Sequence record: OQ561750
From: Escherichia phage LHE83
Strand: one strand, 5' to 3'
DNA: 64,000 nucleotides
Shown: positions 10,131 through 20,821 of the stretch, piece after piece
Layout of the letters: the number at the start of each line of letters is the position of its first letter
How positions within the stretch are numbered: the stretch's first letter is position 1
Program-made: the position numbers and the translations under genes
The notes under the pieces: model-generated
Seen by the model: only the letters and a program-made list of their open reading frames with translations
What the model was told of the DNA's origin: nothing
Database searches by the model: none

Positions 10131-12089
10131 TTATATTGTAATTGGTTCCAACTCTATAGTTGTGTACTGAGGACGAAGGTCATCTTCAAATACGATTAAA
10201 GAACCGTCTTTGGTAAAGATGTTGTCTTGGTCTGGCCCTGCATAAAGTTCAATAGACTGGACTTCAAAACGGTCGGAAGTAAGGCCTATTGCGGCGATAT
10301 CCCAGAAAATAAAGTCCGAGTAATAATCAATTTCGCCAATAACATAGTAGACCGATTGGTCTGCAGGCGCTGCCATTTTATCGAAGTCATCTCCGGTGTA
10401 AGGTTGGATGTATTGGTTTTCAATTACATCGCCAGGTCGGAAAGGACCTATAACCATTTTACCATCGCCTCGTTCGTCTTTATCTGTGGCAACAATACGT
10501 ACGTTGTAAGATTTAACAACATCAGATACGTTTGTTGGGACGAACTCAAATTCACTAGAAGTTACAGAACGGTTGGTGTATTGATTATAGTATTTAATAC
10601 CTGCTTCAGGTGTTTTGAAGAAGTTTAATACCTCGCGAACCATTGTTACCGTAGCCGAAGAGCCAAGGATACTGTGGTCTGCATTATCAATATAAGTCAG
10701 CATTTTAGACTTGGCAAATCCGTGGTTGAATATTTCAACTTCGTTAATATAATAACGGTCTATTTGGGAAAGGATTTGAGCCGTTAACCATTGTTCGGAT
10801 TCCTGTAATTTGTTCAGTGCATATGAAACCTTAATTTTATGCTTCAAGAACAAGTAGTCAGGAGAAATAACCGAAGGGGTAATAGGTGCCAAGTTAAATT
10901 CTGAAAGATAATTTTGGATATCTTCGCGTTGAACCGCAGTCAAATACAATCCTGATTTAGGTTTAATGGTAACAAAGGCGTAACCCGGTTTATTTGGGTC
11001 TGTAAAGGTTTGTACTGCTTGTACAATAGAACCAAATCGCTCCGAAACGAATGTATCGTAATCTGTACCAGTTACAGCACGCATCTGGGCTTCACGTTTA
11101 ACTACAGCCAATTCACGAATACGTTCAATATCTTCAGGGTCACCACCACCATCAGCACCTACATAATCCGGGTTTTCATCGTAGTTTTCTGTAATTTTTT
11201 CAACTGTAATATACGCCAAAGAATCCGCATAACTAAAGTCCACTGCCCCGTTAGCAACTTCACCATCTGTACGAAGGTATTCTATAACAATGGTAGCATC
11301 TTTAACAGGTTTTAAACCACCAATATAATTAGCTTCTAATACCCCACCTGCAACTGATTTTTCAGCAACACCTTCACCAAAGAAGAATTCAGTATTACCA
11401 TCTACGGTTTCACGCATATAGTAAATTGTTGATGTACTACCAGCATGAACCATGGATTTATTAGTCCAGTTAGTCCATTCTGCGCCATCGACATAAAGTT
11501 TAACTTCCTGTCTATCAATATCCGGGTCACGAATAAGAATAGGAGTTTTAGGGTCATACTTAAGTTCAGTACGGATAATACGACCTTGTGCTAAAGATAC
11601 GATAGGAAGATATTGGTTATTAACATCACGTACGGCAATAACGTTTTCCGTGGTAACAAAAGCATACGGGTCTGCTGAAGTATCACGGGCATAGGCCAAG
11701 AATTTAGTACCACGTGGGATACGAATATTCTTTTCATTCAGGGCTTGGGTACAGGTCAACATGATACTTGTTTTGGCTGCTGATTTAGAACTTGGCAAAT
11801 AGCCGTTATCCTGTGCAGCCTGGACGACGGAGGAACGCAAGTTAGCAGTACCGATGAAAGATTCATATACCGCGGTATTAGCAAACTGCTGCATATACAG
11901 GGTGTTGTAAGCTAACATGTCAATCAGGATATTCATTCGCGAACCAACGAAATCGTAATCCTTAAATTCGTCCTGGCTAGAAAGCCAATCGATAATATTC
12001 TTTTTAATCTCTTCAAACGTAGCTCCCACAAATACTTTTGGGATAGCGTTAACGGTTCTTGTTAATTGGTAATTCGTAGGAGTAGCCAT
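10131..12089 (-). CDS. 6: Baseplate wedge protein gp6
   Basis: 652 aa (T4 gp6 660 aa); synteny. Confidence 0.7.
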   Translation of the reverse strand: MATPTNYQLTRTVNAIPKVFVGATFEEIKKNIIDWLSSQDEFKDYDFVGSRMNILIDMLAYNTLYMQQFANTAVYESFIGTANLRSSVVQAAQDNGYLPSSKSAAKTSIMLTCTQALNEKNIRIPRGTKFLAYARDTSADPYAFVTTENVIAVRDVNNQYLPIVSLAQGRIIRTELKYDPKTPILIRDPDIDRQEVKLYVDGAEWTNWTNKSMVHAGSTSTIYYMRETVDGNTEFFFGEGVAEKSVAGGVLEANYIGGLKPVKDATIVIEYLRTDGEVANGAVDFSYADSLAYITVEKITENYDENPDYVGADGGGDPEDIERIRELAVVKREAQMRAVTGTDYDTFVSERFGSIVQAVQTFTDPNKPGYAFVTIKPKSGLYLTAVQREDIQNYLSEFNLAPITPSVISPDYLFLKHKIKVSYALNKLQESEQWLTAQILSQIDRYYINEVEIFNHGFAKSKMLTYIDNADHSILGSSATVTMVREVLNFFKTPEAGIKYYNQYTNRSVTSSEFEFVPTNVSDVVKSYNVRIVATDKDERGDGKMVIGPFRPGDVIENQYIQPYTGDDFDKMAAPADQSVYYVIGEIDYYSDFIFWDIAAIGLTSDRFEVQSIELYAGPDQDNIFTKDGSLIVFEDDLRPQYTTIELEPITI

Positions 12090-12090
12090 T

Positions 12091-14178
12091 TTAATTCCTA
12101 GTAGGAGATTCTAAACAAGGTATGCAAATGGAAAGGGATGGAAATGCAATCGTTAAACCGAATATTCCCAGCATCTTATTAATCCATTGTACCACCTTAC
12201 TTAAGGATAATGTTGATATTTGGTTATACATTGATTTGCACAAGTCTTTCATTGACCTGGAACCATCAGTAAATTCGTGATATAAAGATTTTGCTTTAGT
12301 TACTGAGTTCTCGTATATAACCATGATATCATCTACAGTAGCTCCGAGCATACCGAGAAGTTCTTCCATTTGAGCCACAATAGGAAGTTTTTTGAATTCT
12401 TCTAAAGCCATATCTAATACATCAGAAACGGAGGTTTGACTTTCGGTAATAGAGTTCTTAATCTGATTATATTTATTCTTTAAAAGTTCGAGTGCAGCTT
12501 CAGCTTGTGCTAATGCGGCTTCCTTCTGAGCAGTTAGCTCGTCTGTAACTTTTTCGTACATTCCTGAAAGATATTGTTTAAATTCAATAGCTTGTTTTTG
12601 TACTTCTTGCTTTTTGAGCTTAATCTCATTCCACAGATTGAGTGCCTGGGTTTTAAGAGCCTCAATCATTGCATAAGCTTCGTCTATTTTCTGGTCTACC
12701 TTTTCCATAACCATTTGATAAACATCTGATGCTGTGAATCCTGGAAAGTTACCGCTCATTATCATGTCCAGTGGTTTAACTTGCTTCATCATTTCCTTGA
12801 CCGCAGTAATAACGCTCCAAACTGGGTTCGGAACTATAGGAGGCATACTCCATATTTGAGCGAGGTCTACACACAGTTTTGATAATGCAACCCCAGCCAT
12901 AAGCAATTGAGACCAGGCCCAGTCATACAAGTCTGTAATTGCATCAATAAGGTCACGCGAATACATCTTGACGCGTTCAACCGAATAATCGTATGCAGAC
13001 CCAATGGCAGAATAAATCGATTGGATGGTTTCTTCTAAATTAAAGTTTTTCCATGCTTCTTTTAATTTCTGTACACCATCACCTGAAGTGCAGAGGTCTT
13101 CTAGGTCAATAGTCATGCCCATAATAGTAATCGAGGGTAAAAAGCTTTTAAGTAAGTCCCACCCACCGCCAACAATATTCAAGACCTGTGATATGGCATC
13201 TTTAAATGCAAGAAAAGCCATTTGCTGAACATATTGACACATAGCAACAGCCGAGTTGCCTAGCTCTTCCATTGCGACCGATAGCTTACTATAACCAGAA
13301 TCGAAGAATTTTTCCCAATCGGTTCCACCAGATGATGGCCATCCAGGGAGCATATCCCAATATAATTTGAATGAATTCCTAGATGTATTCCATGAAGCCA
13401 TAATCGCATTGGTCAATCCGTTGTAAGGGAATTCCGCTGTAAAAGGAACACAGCTTATTGCCCTGGCTCGCCCGGTTATTTCTGGCGGTAAAGACCCGAT
13501 GGATACCGGTCCCGGAATCGGAGTTCCTGGGATACTCATATCAACATCTAGATTTAATACCAGTCCAACATAAGTACAAGGTTTTGTCTCATAGTACTTC
13601 AAATAAGCCCTGCGGGAGTCACCAAGGCCGTTAAAGTTGACATACATATGATAATCAGCCGTAACTGCAATCATCGTCCTGGGGTCCATTCTGGGGCCTT
13701 GTGATGTCCATACACCACCACAGTTTTCGATGCGATACATATCATATTCAATAGATGTTTTATACAATACAGATTTTGATAAATCAGCACCGTACCAATC
13801 ATTACCGGGCAAAAGAGTTGCACCAATCGATTCTACATAATTTTCTAAATCCAATTGCGTAATAAAGAATATTCCGAGTTTAGCACACCAGATACCTTGA
13901 CTTGTTCCATCTTCCGGCGGGGGAGGTGCAGGAAAAGTTTCGGACTTATTACCAAATGGATTTTGTGTGTATAAATGTGTAGCTAGTGGAATAATCTCGG
14001 TATCCCATTCAACGCCATTCCCAGGTTGAATAAAAGCACCTGTTGGGTTATATAATTCCCATTTAACCCGGCGATATTCACCGGGTCCTACTGCGTCATC
14101 ACAGGGACTTGTTACAGTCCCTACCACTTCATCAACTTTATCGTAGTAATTCATATTAACCGACCTGTACGTTGCCAC
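12091..14178 (-). CDS. Large hypothetical protein in baseplate operon (695 aa) occupying the position of T4 genes 5.1-5.4
   Basis: Uninterrupted ORF abutting gp6 start and overlapping gp5 stop; GTG at 14178 or ATG at 14154 one nt after gp5 TAA; long coiled-coil-like C-terminal half and hydrophobic C-terminal tail; no homolog recognised. Confidence 0.65.
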   Translation of the reverse strand: MATYRSVNMNYYDKVDEVVGTVTSPCDDAVGPGEYRRVKWELYNPTGAFIQPGNGVEWDTEIIPLATHLYTQNPFGNKSETFPAPPPPEDGTSQGIWCAKLGIFFITQLDLENYVESIGATLLPGNDWYGADLSKSVLYKTSIEYDMYRIENCGGVWTSQGPRMDPRTMIAVTADYHMYVNFNGLGDSRRAYLKYYETKPCTYVGLVLNLDVDMSIPGTPIPGPVSIGSLPPEITGRARAISCVPFTAEFPYNGLTNAIMASWNTSRNSFKLYWDMLPGWPSSGGTDWEKFFDSGYSKLSVAMEELGNSAVAMCQYVQQMAFLAFKDAISQVLNIVGGGWDLLKSFLPSITIMGMTIDLEDLCTSGDGVQKLKEAWKNFNLEETIQSIYSAIGSAYDYSVERVKMYSRDLIDAITDLYDWAWSQLLMAGVALSKLCVDLAQIWSMPPIVPNPVWSVITAVKEMMKQVKPLDMIMSGNFPGFTASDVYQMVMEKVDQKIDEAYAMIEALKTQALNLWNEIKLKKQEVQKQAIEFKQYLSGMYEKVTDELTAQKEAALAQAEAALELLKNKYNQIKNSITESQTSVSDVLDMALEEFKKLPIVAQMEELLGMLGATVDDIMVIYENSVTKAKSLYHEFTDGSRSMKDLCKSMYNQISTLSLSKVVQWINKMLGIFGLTIAFPSLSICIPCLESPTRN

Positions 14179-15943
14179 CAGATACTTTAGCTAATGAACC
14201 GCCATCCATATGCACAGTATTTGATGCGTTTAAATTAATGTTCGTCGCTGCAAAATTTAAATCTTGTTCGACATTTACATCCATATTTTGAGCATTGATT
14301 GTGGCCTTTTGTTTAACGCTTATATCTGCATTCTGGTTGACATTAACTGTTGTATCTTTTTCAACCGTAATATATGCTTCTTGTTCAACAGTTATATCAG
14401 CAGTACCCATAATAACTATTTTAACGTTTCCTTTAACAAGCAGAGTTCCATTACCTTCTACAGTTTTGGTTTCATTCCCTCGAATATGAATGCTTTCAGA
14501 CCCATCAGTTTGACGGCGCACGTTTGCCATATTATAATAGGTTTCATCGCCACCAACGTTGACTTTATTATTACCACCAACATAAGTATTTGAATCGCCT
14601 TGGGTCATATAATAACCATCGGCTACCGTCTTAGAAGTTTTACGTCCATCAGGAGCAACTTCTTCATAACTACCGGTAGGATGGATTAAACGGTATCGTT
14701 CTTGCCCTGGGGTATTATCGAATTCTTGGATATGCCCGCCTTCAGTTTGCATGGTTTGGACATATGGATATTCGCCTTTATAACTAGAATCAGGTTCTTT
14801 AAAAAGAATCCTTGTGTCTTCTGGAGTCCACGGGTCGGCAGGGTCTGAATTTGTAGGGGCCACAAAGGTTTGAATCATTCTATACGAACGGCCATTAAAT
14901 GACCTTTCTTTAGGGGCCATAATACCATATGATTCCATGTTACCTGTGAGGATAATCATTGACACCCTTGATGCGCGACCTTTAGTTTGGTTAAACCATA
15001 CTGAATTACGAGCTTCCTCAAATGCCTTTTTATAATCGCCTATTAGCATTGCACTAAGCATTCCACGGAATTTAGCAAGCCCGCCTAACCCCATTTGGAA
15101 AGCCATGTTTTCAAGAGCCATTTGTCTTGAACGGTTTTCTTTATTGTAAACAGGACCCACAACACTATGCCGGCCTATATCATTTTGGACTTTTTTAAGG
15201 TCTTCTTGGAATAACTTAGAAGCCTCGTCCATTGATATTGCACCAGGGTTACCTTTAACTTCTCGTCCTACCTGATTAGATAATATTTTGTTTATTTGAT
15301 TCATATCTCTAATAGGTTGTGGTGTAATAAGGTGACCTATACCGATAGTAGGGTATCCTTCGGTGTCCCAATATACCTTCAGTCGAAGCCCTTCATCACG
15401 GTGAAGCATGTTTTCTATTGTGAAATTAGGATTATCATCAGGCTTAACCTGGCTCAAATCTAAACCGTCCGGATTAATACCTACATCAGTGTTTGCATCT
15501 TGTATTACGTTGGAAGTGGCATCATATCCAACTTCACCACCTCGGTTTAAAGCCGCGGCATCATTACCTAAATAAAGTGGGTATTGACCTGTCGGGTCGC
15601 TAAAACCTTCATTAGGATTAGCCTTTTGTCTTGAAGCGGAACCGTATGTACCAAGGACAAGTCCGTTTAATTTCCACTTATCAAGAAAGTGACCATAAAC
15701 TTGTGTACCGGGGACCATACCAGTCATAGCGGTTTGGATACCTGAAACAGAGGCAGAAGATGTAGGCATTAATACCGACATCCATGGTAAATCTTCTGTA
15801 CGAAGGCCTTTTACAGGGCCTTGTACTTTTTCATATGGATGCATACCCCATACGCGCACGCGTACTCGGCCTTGTTGGAGTGGGTCCATTCGGTCTTCAA
15901 CTACACCGACGAACCAACTTACATTATCAGACATGTTAATCAT
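14156..15943 (-). CDS. 5: Baseplate central hub / cell-puncturing protein gp5 with lysozyme domain
   Basis: 595 aa; N-terminus MSDNVSWFVGVVEDRMDPLQ; internal lysozyme domain DEGLRLKVYWDTEGYPTIGIGHLI matching T4 lysozyme catalytic region; C-terminal V/N-rich beta-helix repeats. Confidence 0.85.
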   Translation of the reverse strand: MINMSDNVSWFVGVVEDRMDPLQQGRVRVRVWGMHPYEKVQGPVKGLRTEDLPWMSVLMPTSSASVSGIQTAMTGMVPGTQVYGHFLDKWKLNGLVLGTYGSASRQKANPNEGFSDPTGQYPLYLGNDAAALNRGGEVGYDATSNVIQDANTDVGINPDGLDLSQVKPDDNPNFTIENMLHRDEGLRLKVYWDTEGYPTIGIGHLITPQPIRDMNQINKILSNQVGREVKGNPGAISMDEASKLFQEDLKKVQNDIGRHSVVGPVYNKENRSRQMALENMAFQMGLGGLAKFRGMLSAMLIGDYKKAFEEARNSVWFNQTKGRASRVSMIILTGNMESYGIMAPKERSFNGRSYRMIQTFVAPTNSDPADPWTPEDTRILFKEPDSSYKGEYPYVQTMQTEGGHIQEFDNTPGQERYRLIHPTGSYEEVAPDGRKTSKTVADGYYMTQGDSNTYVGGNNKVNVGGDETYYNMANVRRQTDGSESIHIRGNETKTVEGNGTLLVKGNVKIVIMGTADITVEQEAYITVEKDTTVNVNQNADISVKQKATINAQNMDVNVEQDLNFAATNINLNASNTVHMDGGSLAKVSGGNVQVG

Positions 15944-16545
15944 TAGAGGGCTTTCTCCATTTCTCTAATTAAAGCGGAAACAAAGGACTCGATGTCATTA
16001 GGGTCTATAATCTTTATTTCGCGCTTATATTCATTTTTACGAATGGCGTCCTCGTAAATATCTACTGCAGCCAAAGGACCTTCATATTGAGGATAACGTT
16101 TTTCTGTATCACCTTTATCGTACCAAGTATAAGGATTTTCCGGAGTATTTACTAGATTCCAGAATTTCTCACCCTTTTCATTGACATGATAAAGGACTTG
16201 GTTTCCGCCTGCAGTAGCATAACGTTGAATAGCTGCTTGATACGCAGATTCTTGGCCTGTAATCCAGCCGTAATAAGGGTCATAGATATTGTTACACATT
16301 AAAAGGACCCAATATAATTGCACGTTACCATAAAGTTGATGGGCTAATTCTTCTGGACGAGGGGCCCCACTGATATAATATGTTTTAAGTGTATAATTTT
16401 TAGCCACTTTATCAAAATATTCTTTATAGTTTCTAAATATATCAGTCATCGGTACGCTCAGTACATCGGCATCAGTTAATGAGCCGGAATCTGGCTTGAC
16501 TGTTTTTGATTCGTAATTTATAGGATCGAAAAATGAGAAGAGCAT
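15943..16545 (-). CDS. 53: Baseplate wedge protein gp53
   Basis: 200 aa (T4 gp53 196 aa); immediately upstream of gp5 with ATGA overlap; late promoter upstream. Confidence 0.65.
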   Translation of the reverse strand: MLFSFFDPINYESKTVKPDSGSLTDADVLSVPMTDIFRNYKEYFDKVAKNYTLKTYYISGAPRPEELAHQLYGNVQLYWVLLMCNNIYDPYYGWITGQESAYQAAIQRYATAGGNQVLYHVNEKGEKFWNLVNTPENPYTWYDKGDTEKRYPQYEGPLAAVDIYEDAIRKNEYKREIKIIDPNDIESFVSALIREMEKAL

Positions 16546-16557
16546 AGTGCCTCCGAG

Positions 16558-16565
16558 TATAAATA
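16558..16565 (+). promoter_or_regulatory. T4-type late promoter (TATAAATA) for gp4
   Basis: Exact TATAAATA 25 nt upstream of gp4 ATG, followed by AGGAGG SD. Confidence 0.6.
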
Positions 16566-16572
16566 ATATTAA

Positions 16573-16580
16573 TATTTATA
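16573..16580 (-). promoter_or_regulatory. T4-type late promoter (TATAAATA on minus strand) for gp53-wac operon
   Basis: Reverse complement reads TATAAATA about 28 nt upstream of gp53 start; divergent with the gp4 promoter. Confidence 0.6.
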
Positions 16581-16590
16581 AGGAGGCACT

Positions 16591-17040
16591 ATGGCCTACT
16601 CAGGGAAATTTAAACCTACAAACTTACAAAAATATAAAGGTGATTGGAAGAAAATCCAATATCGTTCCTCTTGGGAAGCATGGCTTATGCGTTGGCTTGA
16701 CAACCATCCTAATGTCGTCCAGTGGAACTCGGAAGAGGTTGTGATTCCATATTTTAGTAACGCTGATGGAAAGAAACGTCGGTATTTTATGGACTTCTGG
16801 GTGAAGTTCGACAATGGTCAACAATTCTTTTTCGAAGTCAAACCTTTTAAAGAGACCCATCCTCCAGCGGCGCCTGCTAAAATGACTACAGCTGCTAAAA
16901 AGAGATATATCAACGAACATTATACATGGAGTGTAAATAAAGATAAATGGAAAGCTGCTAAAGCTACAGCAGATAAAATGGGAATTAATTTCAGATTGAT
17001 TACCGAAAACTCACTGAAAAAATTAGGATGGAAAGGATGA
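16591..17040 (+). CDS. 4: Head completion protein gp4
   Basis: 149 aa (T4 gp4 150 aa); divergent from gp53 as in T4; strong SD. Confidence 0.65.
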   Translation: MAYSGKFKPTNLQKYKGDWKKIQYRSSWEAWLMRWLDNHPNVVQWNSEEVVIPYFSNADGKKRRYFMDFWVKFDNGQQFFFEVKPFKETHPPAAPAKMTTAAKKRYINEHYTWSVNKDKWKAAKATADKMGINFRLITENSLKKLGWKG

Positions 17041-17864
17041 GTATATTTTCTTACATCAACGAGGCTACTGAAACTACAAAAGGTTCCAAGCCTACTCGTT
17101 CAGAACAACAATGGATAACTTTAGGCGTTGAATATGCCAACGCTAAGGCTAAAGGTGTTTCGGCTAAGAAATTCGCTGAAGATAAAGGCATCAAGTATTC
17201 TAGCTTTACATCTGCGATGTCTCGATACTCGAGTCGAATTAAAACTGCTGTACAGGTTGAAAAACTTCAGAAGAAACCTGGCAATAAATTAACCAAAGCC
17301 GAACGTCAATTAATTTTGGTGAATAGTTTTAGAAAGAGTATTCGCGATAAGATTGCTAACGAAGGCGCTGCCGTAAACAATAAATCAGCTAAATGGTTTA
17401 CAGAAACATTAAAGAAAGGAATTCGTGGACACCAGGTATCTAAACCGTCTCCTGGTAAGCTTTATGCTTATATCTATGATGCCAAACATAAGGATACCCT
17501 ACCATACTGGGACAAATATCCTTTAATAATTTATCTTGGGTTAGGTAAGCATAATTTAATGTACGGACTGAACTTACACTATATTCCACCTAAAGCACGT
17601 CAGCAATTTCTGGAAGAATTGCTGAAGCAATACGCGAGTACGCCTACCATTACGAACTCGACTAAATTAAAAATCGATTGGAGTAAGGTAAAAGGATTCG
17701 CTGGCGCCGACGTGATGATTAAGGCTTATATCCCTGGAAATATTAAGGGACCTTTAGTAGAGATAAAACCGTCTGATTGGGCTAATGTAATAGGATTACC
17801 ACTCCAGCAATTTGTATCGAAAGGTAAGCGTTATTCAGCTCAGAAAGTATGGAAGAATTCATAA
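17028..17864 (+). CDS. 2: DNA end protector protein gp2
   Basis: 278 aa (T4 gp2 274 aa); synteny 4-2-3-1; alternative start at 17037 (ATGA overlap with gp4 stop). Confidence 0.65.
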   Translation: MERMSIFSYINEATETTKGSKPTRSEQQWITLGVEYANAKAKGVSAKKFAEDKGIKYSSFTSAMSRYSSRIKTAVQVEKLQKKPGNKLTKAERQLILVNSFRKSIRDKIANEGAAVNNKSAKWFTETLKKGIRGHQVSKPSPGKLYAYIYDAKHKDTLPYWDKYPLIIYLGLGKHNLMYGLNLHYIPPKARQQFLEELLKQYASTPTITNSTKLKIDWSKVKGFAGADVMIKAYIPGNIKGPLVEIKPSDWANVIGLPLQQFVSKGKRYSAQKVWKNS

Positions 17865-17946
17865 TCTATTATCCCAGCCAGTTATTGAATGGAACAGACC
17901 TAGGACCATTATACACTGTCTGGGACTTAAGCAATATAGGAACCCT

Positions 17947-18537
17947 ATGAACGGTTTATTTAACCAAACTAACACTACTAACTTTATCTTAGAGGTTAGT
18001 GACGCAGGAATGACACAGGCATTCAAATTGAACGTACAAGATGTAACACTACCGGGTATCCATATTCCGGTCTCAGACGTCCCAGGATCGACCCAGGGCA
18101 TACATCGTGCTAAGCTGCCAGGTTCTACTGTAGAATTCGACCCATTGATTGTGAACTTTCTTGTGGACCGTGAATTGAAATCGTGGCTTGACGTTTATAA
18201 GTGGATGTTGTCATTAAACAACTATGTAACCCATGATTCAGAAGCCTGGCATCCTAAAGGTCAACCGGAAGCTATCACCCTCCACATCCTTGATAACAAC
18301 AAACAGAAAATCGTAATGAGCATTCATTATTACGGTGGTTGGCCATCCGACCTCTCGGAAATCCAGTATTCGTATAAAGAAGATTCTGACCCTGCGATAA
18401 TCGCTACAGCAACATTCAACTTCAAATCGTTTGCTGTAGAAATAGATGGTACAATAGTTACAGGTCGTCCACAAATTGATTCGTATGCCGAACAACGAGT
18501 GGCTCGTATGTCTATGCATCCATCTATGAGAAAATAA
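17947..18537 (+). CDS. 3: Tail completion / sheath stabiliser protein gp3
   Basis: Internal ATG with AGGAA SD chosen (196 aa; T4 gp3 176 aa); synteny. Confidence 0.55.
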   Translation: MNGLFNQTNTTNFILEVSDAGMTQAFKLNVQDVTLPGIHIPVSDVPGSTQGIHRAKLPGSTVEFDPLIVNFLVDRELKSWLDVYKWMLSLNNYVTHDSEAWHPKGQPEAITLHILDNNKQKIVMSIHYYGGWPSDLSEIQYSYKEDSDPAIIATATFNFKSFAVEIDGTIVTGRPQIDSYAEQRVARMSMHPSMRK

Positions 18538-19290
18538 TGAAACTAATATCAATTGTAGGAATCAAACGTAGCGGTAAGGATACCGTTGCTAACTATGTAA
18601 TCGAAAATATGGATTCGGTAAAATTTCAGCTCGCAGGTCCTATTAAAAAGTATCTGGCTGAAGCCTATGAATACATCTCTGATGACCCTGTATTCGACCG
18701 TAGTTACATGCCTAAACTAGATTTTAACTGTTTTGAAGGTATCGGTTACGACCGTGAAGAAATCATTCCTTTAAAACCATATGATGTGATTGATATCTTT
18801 GAAAATGCTATTGTCAAACTGAATAATATCCTTCCTATTCCAGGAATGGATGTTCGTACCGCATATCATTATGGTCTTACCCCAGTCCAGTATCTGTCTG
18901 AAGAAACAAAAGACCAACTGTTTGAAGTAATAAATAAAAATAACAATTGGTCAGTACGTCGTCTCATGCAGACCCTTGGGACTGATATTATTGTTAACCA
19001 ATTTGATAAGATGTATTGGGTTAAGTTGTTCGCTTTAGACTATTTTGATAAAATATACTCTGATGCGAAATACTATGTCGTACCTGATGTTCGTCAAACA
19101 CACGAAATTGATTCGCTCAGAGCGATGGGTGCTACGATTATTCATGTAGTTCGCGCTGAAACCGGTCAAGTACAAGACTCGCACATCACTGAAGCGGGTC
19201 TACCAATTTTACCTGGTGACGTTGTTGTTGAAAATAACGGCACTCTTTCTGAACTATACACCACTATTGATAAATTATTAGGAAATAAAA

Positions 19291-19298
<8 letters not shown>
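18537..19298 (+). CDS. 1: Deoxynucleoside monophosphate kinase gp1
   Basis: 253 aa; N-terminal P-loop GIKRSGKDT; synteny after gp3. Confidence 0.75.
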
Positions 19299-19991
<693 letters not shown>

Positions 19992-20002
19992 TTTAAAAAG
20001 GT

Positions 20003-20031
20003 GTTTACAAGGTCTATAGGCATGATACTAT
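20003..20031 (+). promoter_or_regulatory. Early promoter (GTTTAC-N17-TACTAT) with conserved TATAGACCTATCAA box
   Basis: -35 GTTTAC and -10-like TACTAT at 17-nt spacing, 37 nt upstream of ATG 20069. Confidence 0.55.
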
Positions 20032-20068
20032 AGACCTATCAAAACAAACTAACCAAACGGAAATCAAA

Positions 20069-20293
20069 ATGAAAACTTATCAAGAATTTATTACCGAAGC
20101 TAAAAGACATGAAGATGAACTGCCAATTGTTACAAAAACCTTTGATGGCACACTGGCTGATTTTAAAAAAGTCCCTAGTGATAAGCTTGCTAAATTGACT
20201 GGCTCTATCAATGAAAAAGATGGCAAGGTCACGTTTTCTGCTGGCGGCATAGCCAATCTTAAAAAACTTTTGAAAGCCGCTGGCGCTGAATAA
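20069..20293 (+). CDS. Internal-protein-like capsid protein (ipI locus), N-terminal capsid-targeting sequence MKTYQEFITEA
   Basis: 74 aa; N-terminus matches T4 internal protein CTS (MKTYQEFIAE); located next to 57B like T4 ipI. Confidence 0.6.
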   Translation: MKTYQEFITEAKRHEDELPIVTKTFDGTLADFKKVPSDKLAKLTGSINEKDGKVTFSAGGIANLKKLLKAAGAE

Positions 20294-20294
20294 A

Positions 20295-20567
20295 ATGAAA
20301 TCATACCAAGAATTTATCGCTGAATCTATTCTTAATGAAGAAGTAAAAATTAACAAATCTGTTAAGACCATGATTGATAATATAAATCATCTCTATAACA
20401 TCGATTTGACTAATCACGTAACTTTAGGCAATAAGCGAAACTTTTTTGTTTTTGATACTTCAGAACTCGACCAGAATCAAATTAACAATATTGAACGTTT
20501 TGCTAATGAAAAAGGGCTGCGCCACGAGACGGCTGGTTATAAAAAATATGCAATTTATTTAAAATAA
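20295..20567 (+). CDS. Second internal-protein-like gene (CTS MKSYQEFIAES)
   Basis: 90 aa; same CTS-like N-terminus, divergent body; 1-nt spacing after previous gene. Confidence 0.55.
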   Translation: MKSYQEFIAESILNEEVKINKSVKTMIDNINHLYNIDLTNHVTLGNKRNFFVFDTSELDQNQINNIERFANEKGLRHETAGYKKYAIYLK

Positions 20568-20569
20568 TT

Positions 20570-20599
20570 GTTTACAACGGGCTTTAGTGATGGTACTAT
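20570..20599 (+). promoter_or_regulatory. Early promoter (GTTTAC-N18-TACTAT)
   Basis: Motifs upstream of ATG 20636 with conserved CTATCAAAACAA box and GGAGAATAAA SD. Confidence 0.5.
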
Positions 20600-20635
20600 A
20601 GCCCTATCAAAACAAATGAGTGATTGGAGAATAAA

Positions 20636-20821
20636 ATGAAACGTTGTGAATTAATTAGAAATGCTACTGCACTGGCCGCTGTTACTGCTTTTGGCTTTAG
20701 TATGTTTGCAGGATTCATGCTCGATATGCTTTCAACTTCCGAGAATATAATCTCTTTAGTAGTGGCATTCTTAATTGGTTCAATTTCTTTCGTTATGGAT
20801 AAAATCTCTAAAGGTGAATAA
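20636..20821 (+). CDS. Small membrane protein (61 aa)
   Basis: Internal ATG after SD GGAGAA; hydrophobic TM-like segments. Confidence 0.45.
   Translation: MKRCELIRNATALAAVTAFGFSMFAGFMLDMLSTSENIISLVVAFLIGSISFVMDKISKGE

Noticed and set aside
1160-11315. Short ORFs on either strand inside the baseplate genes (e.g. 1160-1387, 3023-3220, 5360-5599, 7164-7391, 8181-8450, 10227-10628, 11010-11315)
   Set aside because: Fully embedded in long, syntenic structural genes with T4-matching lengths; no independent expression signals
12091-14178. Interpreting the 695-aa ORF as a PAAR-domain spike tip
   Set aside because: No PAAR-like repeats or Cys/His cluster recognisable by eye; kept as an unknown rather than called PAAR
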